The notes under the pieces: generated by a model
Told to the model about the DNA's origin: nothing
The model's input: the letters and a program-made list of their open reading frames with translations, nothing else
Database searches by the model: none
Position numbers and translations under genes: made by a program
Shown: positions 23,906 to 37,160 of the stretch, piece by piece
Numbering within the stretch: the first letter of the stretch is position 1
Layout: every line of letters begins with the position of its first letter
Assembly: GCF_001194135.2 (NCBI RefSeq)
Contig: NC_068981.1
Span: 135,116,458-135,180,457, forward strand
Direction: 5' to 3'
Source: Octopus bimaculoides
Taxonomy: Eukaryota
Length of the DNA: 64,000 nucleotides

Positions 23906-26900
23906 AAAGATTGACTGTACAACTTGGCACAACAAATATCTCCCAAGTCATTGCTGACTAGCAAGTGTGATCTGGTAGTGTGTACCTCAACGTCATTGTT
24001 TTTACATCCACTCTTTCATGCTTGCATGAGCTGCCAACCTTCACCTGTTCTCAAGGAGTGCACTTTGTTGAAATTTGCTAACAAGATACAAGCATGGGTG
24101 TGGTGCAAGCAATTTGCTTCCTAACCACATGCTTCCAGGTTCAGTCCCACCTCCATGGCACCTTGGTCAGGTGCCTTCTACAGTAGCTTCAGGCCAACCA
24201 AAGCCTTCTGAGCAGATTTGATAGAAGGAAACTGAAAGAAGCCCGTTTGTGTGTGTGCCTTCCCCCATAATTGGTTTTGGTATGTTTATGCCTCCGGCAA
24301 AAGAGACACATTAGAAAATCACCAAACTTAAAAGAAAATGCAGTGGTCAATTCATTCAACTAAAATTCTTCGAGGCAGTGACTGCAGACTAACAACTGAA
24401 ACATGAGAGAGATGAACTAATAATGACTAGAACAAAATCTGTAAAAAAAAAACAAAAAGCAAAGTAAATGCATCTCCCTTGATTTCAAAACCATAACAAG
24501 CTGGTGAGACGCTGTAAGTCTTTATCCAACCCATTCAAATATGGAGAAGGAAAGATATAATAAATTAGGTTGCTGTTACCTTCAAAGCAAATATTGATCT
24601 TGTTTAATGCTCTATGAGGTAGTCAGGAACAAGTAAAGCCACAACACACATAAAAAATAGTTTGTTTGGGCTATAATTGGATTTTATTCTTATTCATCTT
24701 GAAACGAGTAATCATCATCATTTAATGTTGCTTGATCACCTGGACTACCTGCTCATTGAATTAACCTGTACAATGGCTGAGTATTCCACAGACAAGTGTA
24801 CCATGACAGTAATCCTCAGGTAGAAACAGCATGATAGTGTGTGACAAAGATTTGCTTTTGAATTACAGTTACAATCCATTCAACAGGCTTCTGCACAGTT
24901 TCCATTGACCCAGTTTCACTCGCAAGGCATTGTAAAACACATAGTAACCATTTAGCCATGCTGCATCCTACACAATCATCATATAATGTTCACTTTTCCA
25001 TGCTTGCATGGGTCAGACGGAATTTACTGAGGCAGATTTTCTACACCTGGGGCACCCTTCCCGTTGCCAACCCTTCGCCTGCTTCCAAGTTTTTCCTTGG
25101 ACTACTGAAAATAAACATGACTTGTATAACTAATGCTCATTACAGCCATCAAATGATATCAGGACCAGGGTGCACATACACATGCATGCAATGAGTTTCT
25201 TTCAATTTCCATCTACCAAATCCACTTACAAAGCTTTGGTCGTCCTGGGAATATTGTAGAAGACACTTGCCCAAAGTGCATGCAGTGGAACTGAACTCTA
25301 GACCACGATTGGAAAATAAGCTTTTGGACCACACAGCCATGTCTGTACTTATTTTACTCTTTTACTTGTTTCAGCCATTAGGCTGCGGCCATGCTGGAGC
25401 ACCGCCTTTAGTCAAGCAAATCGACCACAGGACTTATTTTTTTGGACGCCTAGTACTTATTCTATCGGTCTCTTTTGCGGAACCGCTAAATTACGGGGAC
25501 GTAAACACACTAACATCAGGTGACAAACACAGACGCACAAACATATATATATATACGATGTGCTTCTTTCAGTTTCCGTCTAACAAATCCACTCACAAGG
25601 CTTTGGTCAGCCCGAGGCTATAGCAGAAGACACTTGCCCAAGGTGCCACGCAGTGGGAATGAACCCAGAACCATGTGGTTGGTAAGCAAGCTACTTACCA
25701 CACAGCCACTCCTGCACCTATTTGTTGGTTAATTTTACTTTTTCTTTGATATCCAATCTTTGTCCTCTGGAGGACAAGAGTACCACGGTATCCATCCTTT
25801 CCAAGTTCCATTGAAGATTTTTTTCAATAGGTTGTATTATTCTTTCACTAGTTCTAATCATTAGGCTTTCCCCACCCTCCTCTTTAACTGTTGACCCTTG
25901 CAGGCCCTTTCAAGAGACGGATGCAGTTGAACGACTGAAATTCAGTGGAATGTTGCCCTGAGAAATAAAATTTGGAATTAAGGAGTTCAGGATGAATGGG
26001 CATCTTCTGGTTGCCTTGAAATCCTTATACGAATGCCCAGATGGTGCTGAGTTGAAACAGACTTCAGCAGCGGTGTGTATAACTGTCACCACCCTCTTTT
26101 CATAATTTTTATGAACTGAATTGTCTTGCAGCCATTGTGGAATTGGATATCACTATTGGTGGATGTAGGTAGACCAAGAATGAGATGGTTGAATTAAGGA
26201 CAGTTGATTCTTATAGGTTCCTGATGAGGAGGGGGCCTGAAGACTCAGTTTGGATGAAAGATGTTGTTACTCTTAATAATATCCATTTACTTACACTTCT
26301 TTTACTTGTTTCAGTCATTTGACTGTGGCCATGTTGGTGCATGGTCTTTAGTTGAAGAATTCGACCCCAGAACCTAGTTCTTATTCTATTGGTCTCTTGT
26401 GCAGAGTTACTGGGATGCAAACACACCAACATTGGTTATTAAGCGATTGTGGGGGGACAAACAGACACACAAATACATACATATAAATACGACGGACTTC
26501 TTTTTAGTTTCCATCTACCAAATCCACTCACAATGGTCGGGAAACAAGCTTCTTGCCACACAGCCACTCTTGTGCCTTTAGATGGATTAATTTCTTCTTT
26601 TTTGTTTGGGCTCAAGTAAGGCCAAAAGGCCACATCTTAGAGCCTTGAGCTGACCAATGCCTTGTAAGTGAAATTTAGTGGATGAATATATTTAACAGTT
26701 CTTAGGAGGTCTAGTTTCAGTTCCACTGGGAAGCACCTTGAGTACGTGTCTTCTACTATAGCCCTGGGCTAATCAAAGCCTTGTGAATGGATTTGGTAGA
26801 TGGAAACTGAAAGGAGCCAATTGTGTGCCCTTGTCTAGACATCACATGATGGTTGTAAATGAACATCATTTTGCAAGTGCGGTTGTTAGCTTCCAATCTT

Positions 26901-27574
26901 CCGGGAAAAACATGCTTAGCTATGTGAAACAGGTGAGGGTTGGTGACAGGAAGGGCATCCGGATGTAGAAAATCTGCCTCAATAAATTCTGTCTGATCCA
27001 TGCAAGCATGAAAATGTGGACATTAAATAATAACATGCCAACAGGCACAGCATGTTACCAAGGAATTAAGAACTCAGTAGATGGTCCCACATTAAATCCA
27101 TATAGTCTATATGCTATGAATTCAAACATCATTGGAGGGTGAGTAAAAGTGCAGAGCCTGAGCCACATCGTAAAATAAGTGCAGAAATACGAAGGAAACG
27201 AGCTGCCAGACTATTGCAACACTTATATTAAAGCATAAGAATATCAATAACATTTCCTGCATTTCTAATCTTATATATGATGGACTCACGCATTGGTTTC
27301 AACGTATGAGGATCTGACAACCTACTCTTTCTTTGTCAGTCACAATACTTATATCTAATGTGACATGTAAGTCCTGCCAGCAATTTGCAAAGCCCACAGA
27401 TGCTTCAAGTATGAAGTTGATCCTGTCTCCACCTCATAACCCAACGAATTTTTCTTGGATTTTCTACACCTACACTTCAGACTATTCTACCTGGACTTTC
27501 TACTCTCCTACACTTCAGCTGCACCACTTCTACCCATGGATTACACTGGACTCATCCGCTGATGAGGATTTATT

Positions 27575-27605
<31 letters not shown>

Positions 27606-27610
27606 ATACA

Positions 27611-27780
27611 CAAGGGGTACTGAAAAGTTCCTGGCTTTAAGGGTATTGTGAAAAGCCTGGTTGGAGGCCCAACCTTCTGAGTTCTTTTACAGGGCTTAGA
27701 AAAACTGAAGGACTGCTGGAATAAACGTGTGAATCCGAGAAGGGAATATGTTGAATAAGTTAATTAGCTGATCCTCCTGA
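27611..27780. mobile_element. Truncated copy of the same mariner-derived MITE
   Basis: caaggggtactgaaaagttcctggct...; the + strand reads QGLEKLKDCWNKRVNPRREYVE*. The second TIR is missing and the 27789 element abuts it. Confidence 0.7.
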
Positions 27781-27788
27781 AAAATGTG

Positions 27789-27940
27789 GGTAATTTTTCA
27801 GATTAACACCCACACGATTTTCACTAGAGTGTTAGAGTTACGGTTTTTGAGTCAGGGTTAGGGTTTTAGAGTTACGATGAGGGTTAGTGTTACAGTTTTA
27901 GGGTTACGTAATTGTGCGGGTGCTCATCTGAAAAATTACC
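27789..27940. mobile_element. 152-bp MITE with GG-initiated TIRs, an 8-bp TSD and internal degenerate TTAGGG-like repeats
   Basis: TIR ggtaatttttcagat(t/g)a(a/g)caccc matches at 21/23. Flanks are aaaatgtg and gaaatgtg (7/8). The interior has gggttagggtttta, gagggttagtgtta and ttttagggtta. Confidence 0.78.
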
Positions 27941-28455
27941 GAAATGTGAAAACTACCGACCCTGCCATCTGTTATAACTTTTGTTGATCTGTTTAATATG
28001 TATATAGATTATGCCTCCAAACAAGAGAGCTTGCTGGGGAAAGAAAGCAACCGGTTTAAAAAGACTGCAGCACATTCCAGAAGCTACTTTGAACATAATG
28101 CAAAATGGTGCATCGACATCTACTGCCCAATCTGATAGAATTCTGTAGCAACATATCACCAGCAATTGCTTCCTCAGAAATTGCCGTCCTACCTCCTGTG
28201 AAAAGGAATTACCCTGCTATGTATAATCAAGGCAGCGCAAGAAGTTGTTTTGCACAAGCATTTGTATAGCCAATTAGACGGATGAAATTTACGTACACTT
28301 AATAATTTTATGCAAAACAGCCTTCAGACTTTCCCTATTAATTTCGTCTTTTGAATTATGAACATATTTACACCATAAGGTTTTTTCATTGTAAGGCTTT
28401 CTTTTTTAGTTGATTTTCACCTAGCAAGACTTATCGTAGATGGCGTAATAAGTCA

Positions 28456-28485
28456 CACCCGGACAACGTCGGGTTATACTGCTAG
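28456..28485 (+). mobile_element. Helitron-like 3' terminus
   Basis: Short GC hairpin acccggacaacgtcgggt followed 7 nt later by CTAG|T, the established Helitron 3' signature. The 5' end is uncertain (possibly A|TC at 27968). Confidence 0.55.
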
Positions 28486-28544
28486 TCTTCAATATTACAA
28501 ATTCTTTGTTATGCACTTGAATTCACATAATTATAATGCTTTAA

Positions 28545-28760
28545 CCCTTTAGCATTTCAGCCAGCCATATCCGGCCAAAATATTCTGTTTTATGTTCAAA
28601 TTGGCCAGATCTAGCTTCTCATACATGTCCTACAATGTCATTCTAAAAATATACAATTACATCATCAAAATGTCTTAGCTACAGGATGATGCATAATTAA
28701 TTCAAAACAATGAGGATAAATTAGCATTACATTTGACAGAATAACCTGAATGCTGAAGGT
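28545..28760. mobile_element. piggyBac-type MITE (TTAA|CCCTTTAGCATT...AATGCTAAAGGG|TTAA family)
   Basis: TTAA at 28541-28544 followed by ccctttagcatt; degenerate right end aatgctgaaggt|ctaa. The interior is homologous to copies at 2944-3155, 18621-19079 and ~46000-46203. Confidence 0.7.
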
Positions 28761-29139
28761 CTAAATACTGAAACACTAAAAGATGTTACAGAATATAAAG
28801 TTTTAAATTTCATGAAACTTCTTACCTTGAATACTCTTAATGAGAAGCTTTGCCCTGATTTGTTTTGGAAAACTCTGAGACATTACACAGCATTGATAAT
28901 GTTGATGTTAGAATTCATATCTGGTTTGCAAAATAAATATTTTAAATTTTATCATGCAGAAGGTCCTTGATTAAATTTAATGTTAAAGAGATCTGTTTAA
29001 TTGCAAAGTAGTAGAAAGCAGTGTCACAATTTTCAATGTGAGATTCTTCAAAAATGAAAAGTTATCTACATTAGGTTGGAAAGAAAGTCCTGTCGTATTT
29101 CAAGATGGTAAAGAAACAAAAGCTTCTTCAGTTTTAATT

Positions 29140-29900
29140 GATTTATTTAACCAAGATATTTCCCTTTATTGATAACATAATCCGATCTATGTGGTAAATT
29201 GTTCATCCTTCAAACATACAATTCTTCAGGTTTCGAAGCCACAGAACATCCTTTTTAACCTCTTCGCAACTAATAAACTATCTTCCTTCAAAACAATGTT
29301 GCAGTGATCTGAAAAGATGGCAATTAGATGGACCATGGTCATGAGAATAAGGAGGAAGCAAAACTGCCAGATTTAGTGTGATAATCATTCCCCGAGAGAC
29401 TTGGACGTGTGGCCTGCATTATCATATAAGAGCAAAACTCCTTCACAGTCAAAGCTATTTCTGCAATATTTCCTACTAACAACAATGCTTCTCCACATCA
29501 ACTGTTTCAGTTTGGTTTAACACTTTACAATGGACATCCTATATATCCCACAAAACATAGAGCATAACATTTGTTGGGTGTAGTCCTGGTTTGGGGAGAG
29601 ATTCTCCTTTATCATTGGGTGTTAACCATTGTTTTTCTCCTAGGATATGATTATGGAAAACCCACTTTTCATCACATGCAATAATTCTATCGAGGAAAGG
29701 TTCAGAAGCAAATCTATTCTTTACTAACAGAGAGAGGGCAACTTTTTTGATTAAGCTGAGAAGTAGTCAGATGATGACCAAATTTAGACACTTTCCGTAC
29801 TCCGTGGAGGTGTTTATGATCTAAGTGTGACTTGAATTAAAGTGTTTTGCTAATTCTTATGCAGTTTGCTTTGGATTCTCTTCAGTTCTGATTTTCAGAA
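29140..29900 (-). pseudogene. Decayed mariner (DD34D) transposase
   Basis: Minus-strand fragments: EPFLDRIIACDEKWVFHN; SLPKPGLHPTNVML; VLLLYDNAGH; LLPPYSHDHGPSNCHLFRSLQH (compare HPPYSPDLAPSDYHLFRSLQ). Several stops; cut by a SINE at ~29915. Confidence 0.85.
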
Positions 29901-32829
29901 GTTAGATATTCTTTTCTACTCTAGGCACAAGGCCCAAAATTTTGCGGGAGGAGGCCAGTTGATTAGATTGACCCCCAGTATGCAACTGGTACTTAATTTA
30001 TTGACCCCGAAAAGATGAAAGGCAAAGTCGACATCAGCAGAATTTGAACTCAGAACGTGAAGACGGACAAAATACCGCCGAGCATTTCGCCCAGCATGCT
30101 AACGTTTCTGCTAGTTCGCTGCCTTCAGAAGTTGGATATTGACAGAACTTGGTCACCCAGATTACAGGGTATCTGCGAGAGAAAAATCTGCAGTCAAACC
30201 ATCATTAGTATATCCTGACACTTAAAGCTTCGTTTTCAAAGACAGAATGAATATTTCTTGCCAGTTCCATTGTTGAAGAGCCCCTCTTGAATTAACACAG
30301 CATGCAGTGTCTGATCTAATCTCATTTTAACACAATTAGATACAAATTTTACTACAAAGGGTGCAGGCATGGCTGTGTGGTAAGTAGCTTACTTACCAAC
30401 CACATGGTTCTGGGTTTAGTACCACTTCATGGCTCCTTGGGTGTCTTGGACTATAGCCACAGGCCAACCAAAGCCATGTGAGTGCATTTGGGAGATGGAA
30501 ACTGAAAGAAGCCCATCATATTTTTAATATTATATATGTGTGTGTTTGTATGTCTTGGTTCATCCCCTAACCGTCACTTGACAACCGATGTTGGTGTGTT
30601 TATGTCCCTGTAATTTAGCAGTTCAGCAAAAGAGACCAATAGAATAAGTACTAGGCTTACAAAGAATAAGTCCTTGGGTCAATTTGTTCAGCTAAAGGCA
30701 GTGCTCCAGCATGGCTGCAGTCAAATGACTGAAACAAGTAAAAGAATAAAAGAATGGTATAAGCAATTTGCAAAGAAAACAACAAAATGGTTTCAAGTTC
30801 AAGAAAAAAAAAACAAAAGCAATTAAAAAAAAAAATGTATGCTTATTTAATCAAAAGTATTGAAAAAGTACCCTTAAAGTGATCATGTTAAAAATGTAAA
30901 AAGAACTTTCTTCCCAGCCTGATATTTTAGAATTTAATAGTTCAATAGTGTTTGAATTAATGAAGTTCCCAACAATTAAGAAATTCTTTCCAGAATGAAA
31001 TTAAGATGAATATTGCATATTCGTTGTCCAAGCATAGCTCAGTGGTTAGAGTGTCAGGCTCACAGTCATGAGGTCGAGAATTTGATTCCTGGAGTGTGCT
31101 GTGAGTTGTGTTCTTAAGCAAGACCATTTATTTCATGTTACTTCAGTTCACTCAGCTGTAGAAATGGGCTACGACATCACTGGTGCCAAGCTGTATTGGC
31201 CTTTGCCTTTCTCTTGGACAACATCAGTGGCATGGAAAAAGGAGACTGGTATGCAGGGGTTTGACCTGCTAGTCTTCCATAAAAACCTTGCCTGGAATTG
31301 TGCCTCAGAAGGGAACTTTCTAGGTCAATCTCATGGTCCTTTGTGACCTAAAGGGGTATTTATCCTGTTCAAGCTCTTGAAATTAATCGAAACATTTCTC
31401 TGCCTTGGTTCTAAGTTTGTTCCAGATTGCAATTAAGTTGTCACTTCACAAGTTTTTGAAATAATGATTAATGTCACAAAAACATTTAGGAGAGATTTAT
31501 GGCTTATGCTGTGCTGAAAGCAACTGTTATAAAAAGTGTTATTGGATTAATTCAGGGGGGGAAAAAAATATTGGTTCTTGGCATACACATCTTTCATATT
31601 GGTAAGTGAAGTGACAGAAGGTAGAGCTTAGAGCAGTCCATTGCACAGACACGTGTATTCAGATCTCCTTGTCTTAACATTGTGACAGCTATACACAAAC
31701 ATTATCATGTGAGTGGTGACATCTGTTTGCAATCTTCCATGTGTAGCCAATGAGCTATTCATGTTAAGGAAAAAAGAAAAAAAAAGAAAGAAAGAAAAAA
31801 AGAGAAATACCTATTTTGTTTGAAAACAGGTATGGGTTAGTGACAGAAAGAGAAACTGGTTATAGAAAATCAGTCTCAATGAATTTTGTCTTATCCATGC
31901 AAGCATGGAAAAGTGGACATTAAAACGATGAGGATATTCTACACAAAAATTTTTTGAAAGTATGAGAGAATTTTAAGTTAGGAAACAAGAGATGAGTGTT
32001 ACCGGGCATTAAAAGTATCAGTTGATGAGCTGCATTGGTGTAAGCAATAAATAGGGTAAAAACTGTGATAATGGAGGGTGTCTGTGAAAAAAGAAGAGAT
32101 AGGAAGTGGTAAGATGAGATCTCATATATTGTACAAGAACTCTGGCAGAACTAACCAGTACAGAAAAGCAAATGTTACAGATTGTTCTCAAAGAGCTAAG
32201 TACACCAATGCTTCAAGTCACAGCCTTACACTTGAGAACTATGGAATATTTATGTCTTTAAATGCAATCTTTTCACTCATTTTAAAGAAGAATATTGTTT
32301 AGCCCCAAACAGACCCGTAATCAAAAATACTTGTCATGACCATCTTACCCCCCCCCACACTTTCAGACAAATTGCATGTTGGGTTTCATGGTCTCTGTCT
32401 TTCCCCCTTTGAAGGGTTTTTAACTGCTATACTACTTAGATGTGTTTGTTTTTTTCCTTTCTCCTAATTTAAATTGACTTGTATTTATGTATTTATCCAG
32501 AAGCCTTCTTTAATTTACCAACAACTCTCATCAATACTCTGACTAAATTCTAGACATGATTTTATGGTCTGTGGGTTTTAAATAAATTGAATGATTTGTC
32601 AAGCAGCAAGTAACACCATTTCAAAATGGTTTATAAGAAGAGGAGGAGGAGGAGTAGGGAGGAAGAATCAACTAGCAGTAAATAGACCAAAAAGTGGACG
32701 TTTTCAAGCTAGGCAAGCTTTGGATATTTAGCTACAATTGAACATATAACATTTAGATAAACATTTTTTATATATCACCTCAGACTGGAGGCAGTGACAA
32801 GCAAAAACAATTTCAGTATGTGACAGGCA

Positions 32830-32835
32830 TTTATT
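32830..32835 (-). promoter_or_regulatory. Candidate distal polyadenylation signal (AATAAA) for LARP4
   Basis: tttatt on + near the lower edge of the SINE-free tract. Many other AATAAA hexamers exist in the UTR, so the choice is positional inference. Confidence 0.3.
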
Positions 32836-33029
32836 TTCATTCTTGCTTCTTCTTCCTCCAACGAAGTTTTTACAGAAATGTTTACAGCACGAGCAGTAAA
32901 CGTCACAGAGATAATGTACAGTATAGATTTTTATTTTTTTGACAGACCCACTATTAAATTTCCCAAAATATTTTTAGTTTAAAATAAAATGAAAATAAAA
33001 ATTTTAAATTTAAATTTAAAAAAAAAAAA

Positions 33030-33966
33030 CCTGAAAGCTTTTCAGAATGTAAACTCAAAACAATTGTCAAGCTTTTTGCATCTTACATTAAGTAATGATG
33101 ACAAAATAAAACAAAATTTTTTCAAATGCGGAAAGGAGAAAACCAGATAATTTTGCTTTGCTTCATGAATATAAAGAAAATTAGAAAGAATTGTCATATT
33201 GGTCTGCAGATATACTGTTAATAGATCAGATCTAATGGTTGTTATACACACTTAAAAGCTTTTATCTAGCTATTTGTATTATGNNNNNNNNNNNNNNNNN
33301 NNNNNNNNNNNNNNNNNNNNNNNNNNNNNNNNNNNNNNNNNNNNNNNNNNNNNNNNNNNNNNNNNNNNNNNNNNNNNNNNNNNNNNNNNNNNNNNNNNNN
33401 NNNNNNNNNNNNNNNNNNNNNNNNNNNNNNNNNNNNNNNNNNNNNNNNNNNNNNNNNNNNNNNNNNNNNNNNNNNNNNNNNNNNNNNNNNNNNNNNNNNN
33501 NNNNNNNNNNNNNNNNNNNNNNNNNNNNNNNNNNNNNNNNNNNNNNNNNNNNNNNNNNNNNNNNNNNNNNNNNNNNNNNNNNNNNNNNNNNNNNNNNNNN
33601 NNNNNNNNNNNNNNNNNNNNNNNNNNNNNNNNNNNNNNNNNNNNNNNNNNNNNNNNNNNNNNNNNNNNNNNNNNNNNNNNNNNNNNNNNNAGGAGGAAAA
33701 AAAAAAAAAAAACCTGAAAGCTTTTCAGAATGTAAACTCAAAACAATTGTCAAGCTTTTTGCATCTTACATTAAGTAATGATGACAAAATAAAACAAAAT
33801 TTTTTCAAATGCGGAAAGGAGAAAACCAGATAATTTTGCTTTGCTTCATGAATATAAAGAAAATTAGAAAGAATTGTCATATTGGTCTGCAGATATACTG
33901 TTAATAGATCAGATCTAATGGTTGTTATACACACTTAAAAGCTTTTATCTAGCTATTTGTATTATG
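33030..33966. other. Assembly gap (33284-33690) flanked by identical 254-bp segments; probable unmerged contig overlap
   Basis: 33030-33283 equals 33713-33966. The other N-runs are at 7890-7979, 10547-11023, 36911-37103, 40182-40191 and 44003-44012. Confidence 0.85.
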
Positions 33967-36854
33967 GCATTCATTAGACCAAATTTGCAACATTTCCACC
34001 CACCATTTTGAAATGCATTTCAATCACAATAAACCTTTCTAATACTGATTACATTTAACTTAATACAGAGAATAAATATAGTCAATGTAAAAACCCTATA
34101 TTCCTTTTTTTAATCTATTTCTCATACCAATATGCAATGTAATTCTTAATTTTGCAGTACCCTTTTCTATAAAAGTTACTTTATTTTACACGTGTGTAAC
34201 TGAATTACAAAAAACAAAAACAAACAGTATACTAATTATTTGAAATCCAGAGAAAAATTAAAAACTTTTGACAACTAATCAAAAATAATATACTATAAAA
34301 TCATAATAAACAACTCAAGATCTCCATTAGCAATGGCTAATTTCTTACTGAGAAAATGCACTTTCTGAAAATAAGGATTGAGAAATCACGTTAGTTTGGC
34401 CTTTTCAAAAGACATTGACAATCACAGCCAAATAAGAAGACAAGACAGCTAATTTTATTAACAAATAAACATTTTGAAACCATAATTTTCAAACAAGAAA
34501 ACACGATCTGCTTGACTTACAGAATTTTACAGACCAAACATTGCAACATAAGTAAATTTAAAATAAAGACCTTAACTAGTGGTGGGTGGATGATGAAATT
34601 GAAACAGACCAGCCTCTCAAAGGGGTGGGAATTATAGCCTAGTAGTGAGGGTAGAGTTACAATATGGAAGACCAATATAGAAATAGCAGTTAAATTAGAT
34701 TCATACCAATAACTGCAGAAGTCCTCATACAGCACCAAAGGAAGACAGTGTGATGGAGAGTCCAACAGAAAAAGATTTTTTTCTTTTTTTTTTTTTAAAG
34801 TGGTATGACCTGTAATTTCATATAAGATAGAACAAAATCAAATCAATTTAACAAAAATTAAAAACCTCAAAACTTTTAAGTGTAACTCACACAGATCCTA
34901 CTATCTTGAAATGCCATTTGTAACTCTTATAATTTGATTGGAAGGATTTATTTTTGTAATGACATTAAGAGATAAGAGAAATACTTGCTAAGAGAAATAT
35001 CAGTATTGGATAACTATTAGAACAATTGCTTAGCACAATAAAAGTAAATAAATGCAACAGCTAGATTAAGGAAGGAATAAGAAAAAAAACAACAACAAAT
35101 TCTTGTGCGTTCATTATTGTTGATTAACCCTATACTTCCAAAATAGCTAATCTCAGATAAGAAGTTTGTAAAGAAAAAAATTGTATCATAATAGAAGGAA
35201 TCTAATGGATGTATTTACCGAAGCAAGTTACTTTAAAGAGAAATAGCATGTATGAATTAAGCCCAGAGTGAGGTGTAGAACTCAAAATGAAATTTTATAT
35301 ATCACCGAAAAAACAAAGATACAAAGCACTTCAAATGAAAGTGGAGGGTGGGGAAAGACTTGCCGACCAACTGGAGCATCATCAGCTATGATCAGAACGT
35401 AGCGTCATCCATTCTCCATCTTACAAGGCCATTCCATGTAGTGTGAGTAAATAATAAATTATTTGCAGACATATGCAAAGGATATCAGTCAGCTGTCCCT
35501 AACAGATAGTTAAACTTCCATTTGTAAATTATTTAGACTTATAAATGTATGAGCACATACATAGCCAAGCATGTAACCGTTTAGTGCATCAACTTAAATG
35601 TGGTGAAACAATAGGAAAAATATTTCCTACTAGTGTTACCTTTTTGCATAAATCAAGCAAAAAGAAAAAAAAATTTCATTTTCTTTGTAGATCTAAATTT
35701 ATTCTAACTTGCTTTTAAATATCCTCAAGGTGAATAACTTGAAAATTACTTATGATGTCTAAGGCAAAATATAGCAAAATGCAATTTCAAAAGGGACATA
35801 ACAACAATGCAATAATCATTACAAATGTTTTTGTTTTTTTTGGAAGGGGGCGAAAAGTAAATATTGGAGAAGGCTCCCTCTGGATTAAAAGAAAAAAGTA
35901 ATGCATGGTATTAGATTGTCTTTTTTTTTTCCCTCCCCCTAAAGTTTCTGAAAAACATGATTATTATACTATCTCTACAACCTAATGTTAAGCAAAAGAA
36001 AAAAACACACATACAAAAAAAAGAGGGTTGAAATGCAAGAACATAGTCAACATGTAAAAGTAAATAAATAGAAATAAAAAAGCAATATAATAATAATTAA
36101 AAATCAACAAGCTAACAGAAACTGATAAATGCTACTTGGTGTGTGTCCATACATGTTAATACACACACTCATACATACATAAAATTTTTTTTTTTTTTTA
36201 AATAAATAAAAGCCATGACTCCAAGAGGACATCCCTTTTGATTAAAGCAATGATCATCTAGACATCTACCAGAGAAAGATATTGAAAACTATCATTCGGT
36301 GCTGCTAGGCTTTTACAGAATGGCTTAGGCTGAATATAAATGCTTTATGTAATTCCCTTCTACAAATATTTCCAGCAAAGCAATTATATACACATATATA
36401 CACACACACACATACTAAATGACTTGGGTTGCTTCTGCATTATCACAGAAGCAATAGTAGCTATGGTGATAAAACAGATTGCAACAGTGGAAGATTATGT
36501 TAACAACCAATGCAATAGGCACAGCTTCCAGTTTGGAGTACACAACCACATACAGATAAAATTTCTTATTTTAAAGCTATTAACCTAACATTTACCAATG
36601 TTATGTTTGTTTCGTGTTTTTTTTTTTTAAATATATAAATATATAAAATAGGTTTAACTCATGAGCTGACTTAGAACTGTTTTTCCTCTAATAAATTCCA
36701 ATGCAGTTTGATGTCCCTTCAGAAAACCCTATAGAAATGCCAAGAGATTAGAAACAAACTACTTAATCAAGGTAATCGTCCCCCAACTTGTTAAACAAAT
36801 GCCAATCATCATCATCCAAGCATTCCATTGCATTCAAGAAGCAATTTGAAAGAT

Positions 36855-36856
<2 letters not shown>

Positions 36857-36910
<54 letters not shown>

Positions 36911-37160
36911 NNNNNNNNNNNNNNNNNNNNNNNNNNNNNNNNNNNNNNNNNNNNNNNNNNNNNNNNNNNNNNNNNNNNNNNNNNNNNNNNNNNNNNNNNN
37001 NNNNNNNNNNNNNNNNNNNNNNNNNNNNNNNNNNNNNNNNNNNNNNNNNNNNNNNNNNNNNNNNNNNNNNNNNNNNNNNNNNNNNNNNNNNNNNNNNNNN
37101 NNNGAGAGAGTGAGAGAGAGAGAGAGATAGAGGGAGAGAGAGAAAGAGAGAGAGGGAGAG
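36857..37160. repeat. (TA)n(GA)n microsatellite spanning an N gap (36911-37103)
   Basis: Direct reading. Confidence 0.95.

Noticed and set aside
25760-26110. Possible LINE reverse-transcriptase remnant on - (AEVCFNSAPS...)
   Set aside because: The similarity to the RT GVRQGC region is too weak to support without BLASTX.
33030-33966. 254-bp identical direct repeat in the putative UTR
   Set aside because: It exactly flanks an N gap, the classic pattern of an unmerged contig overlap.
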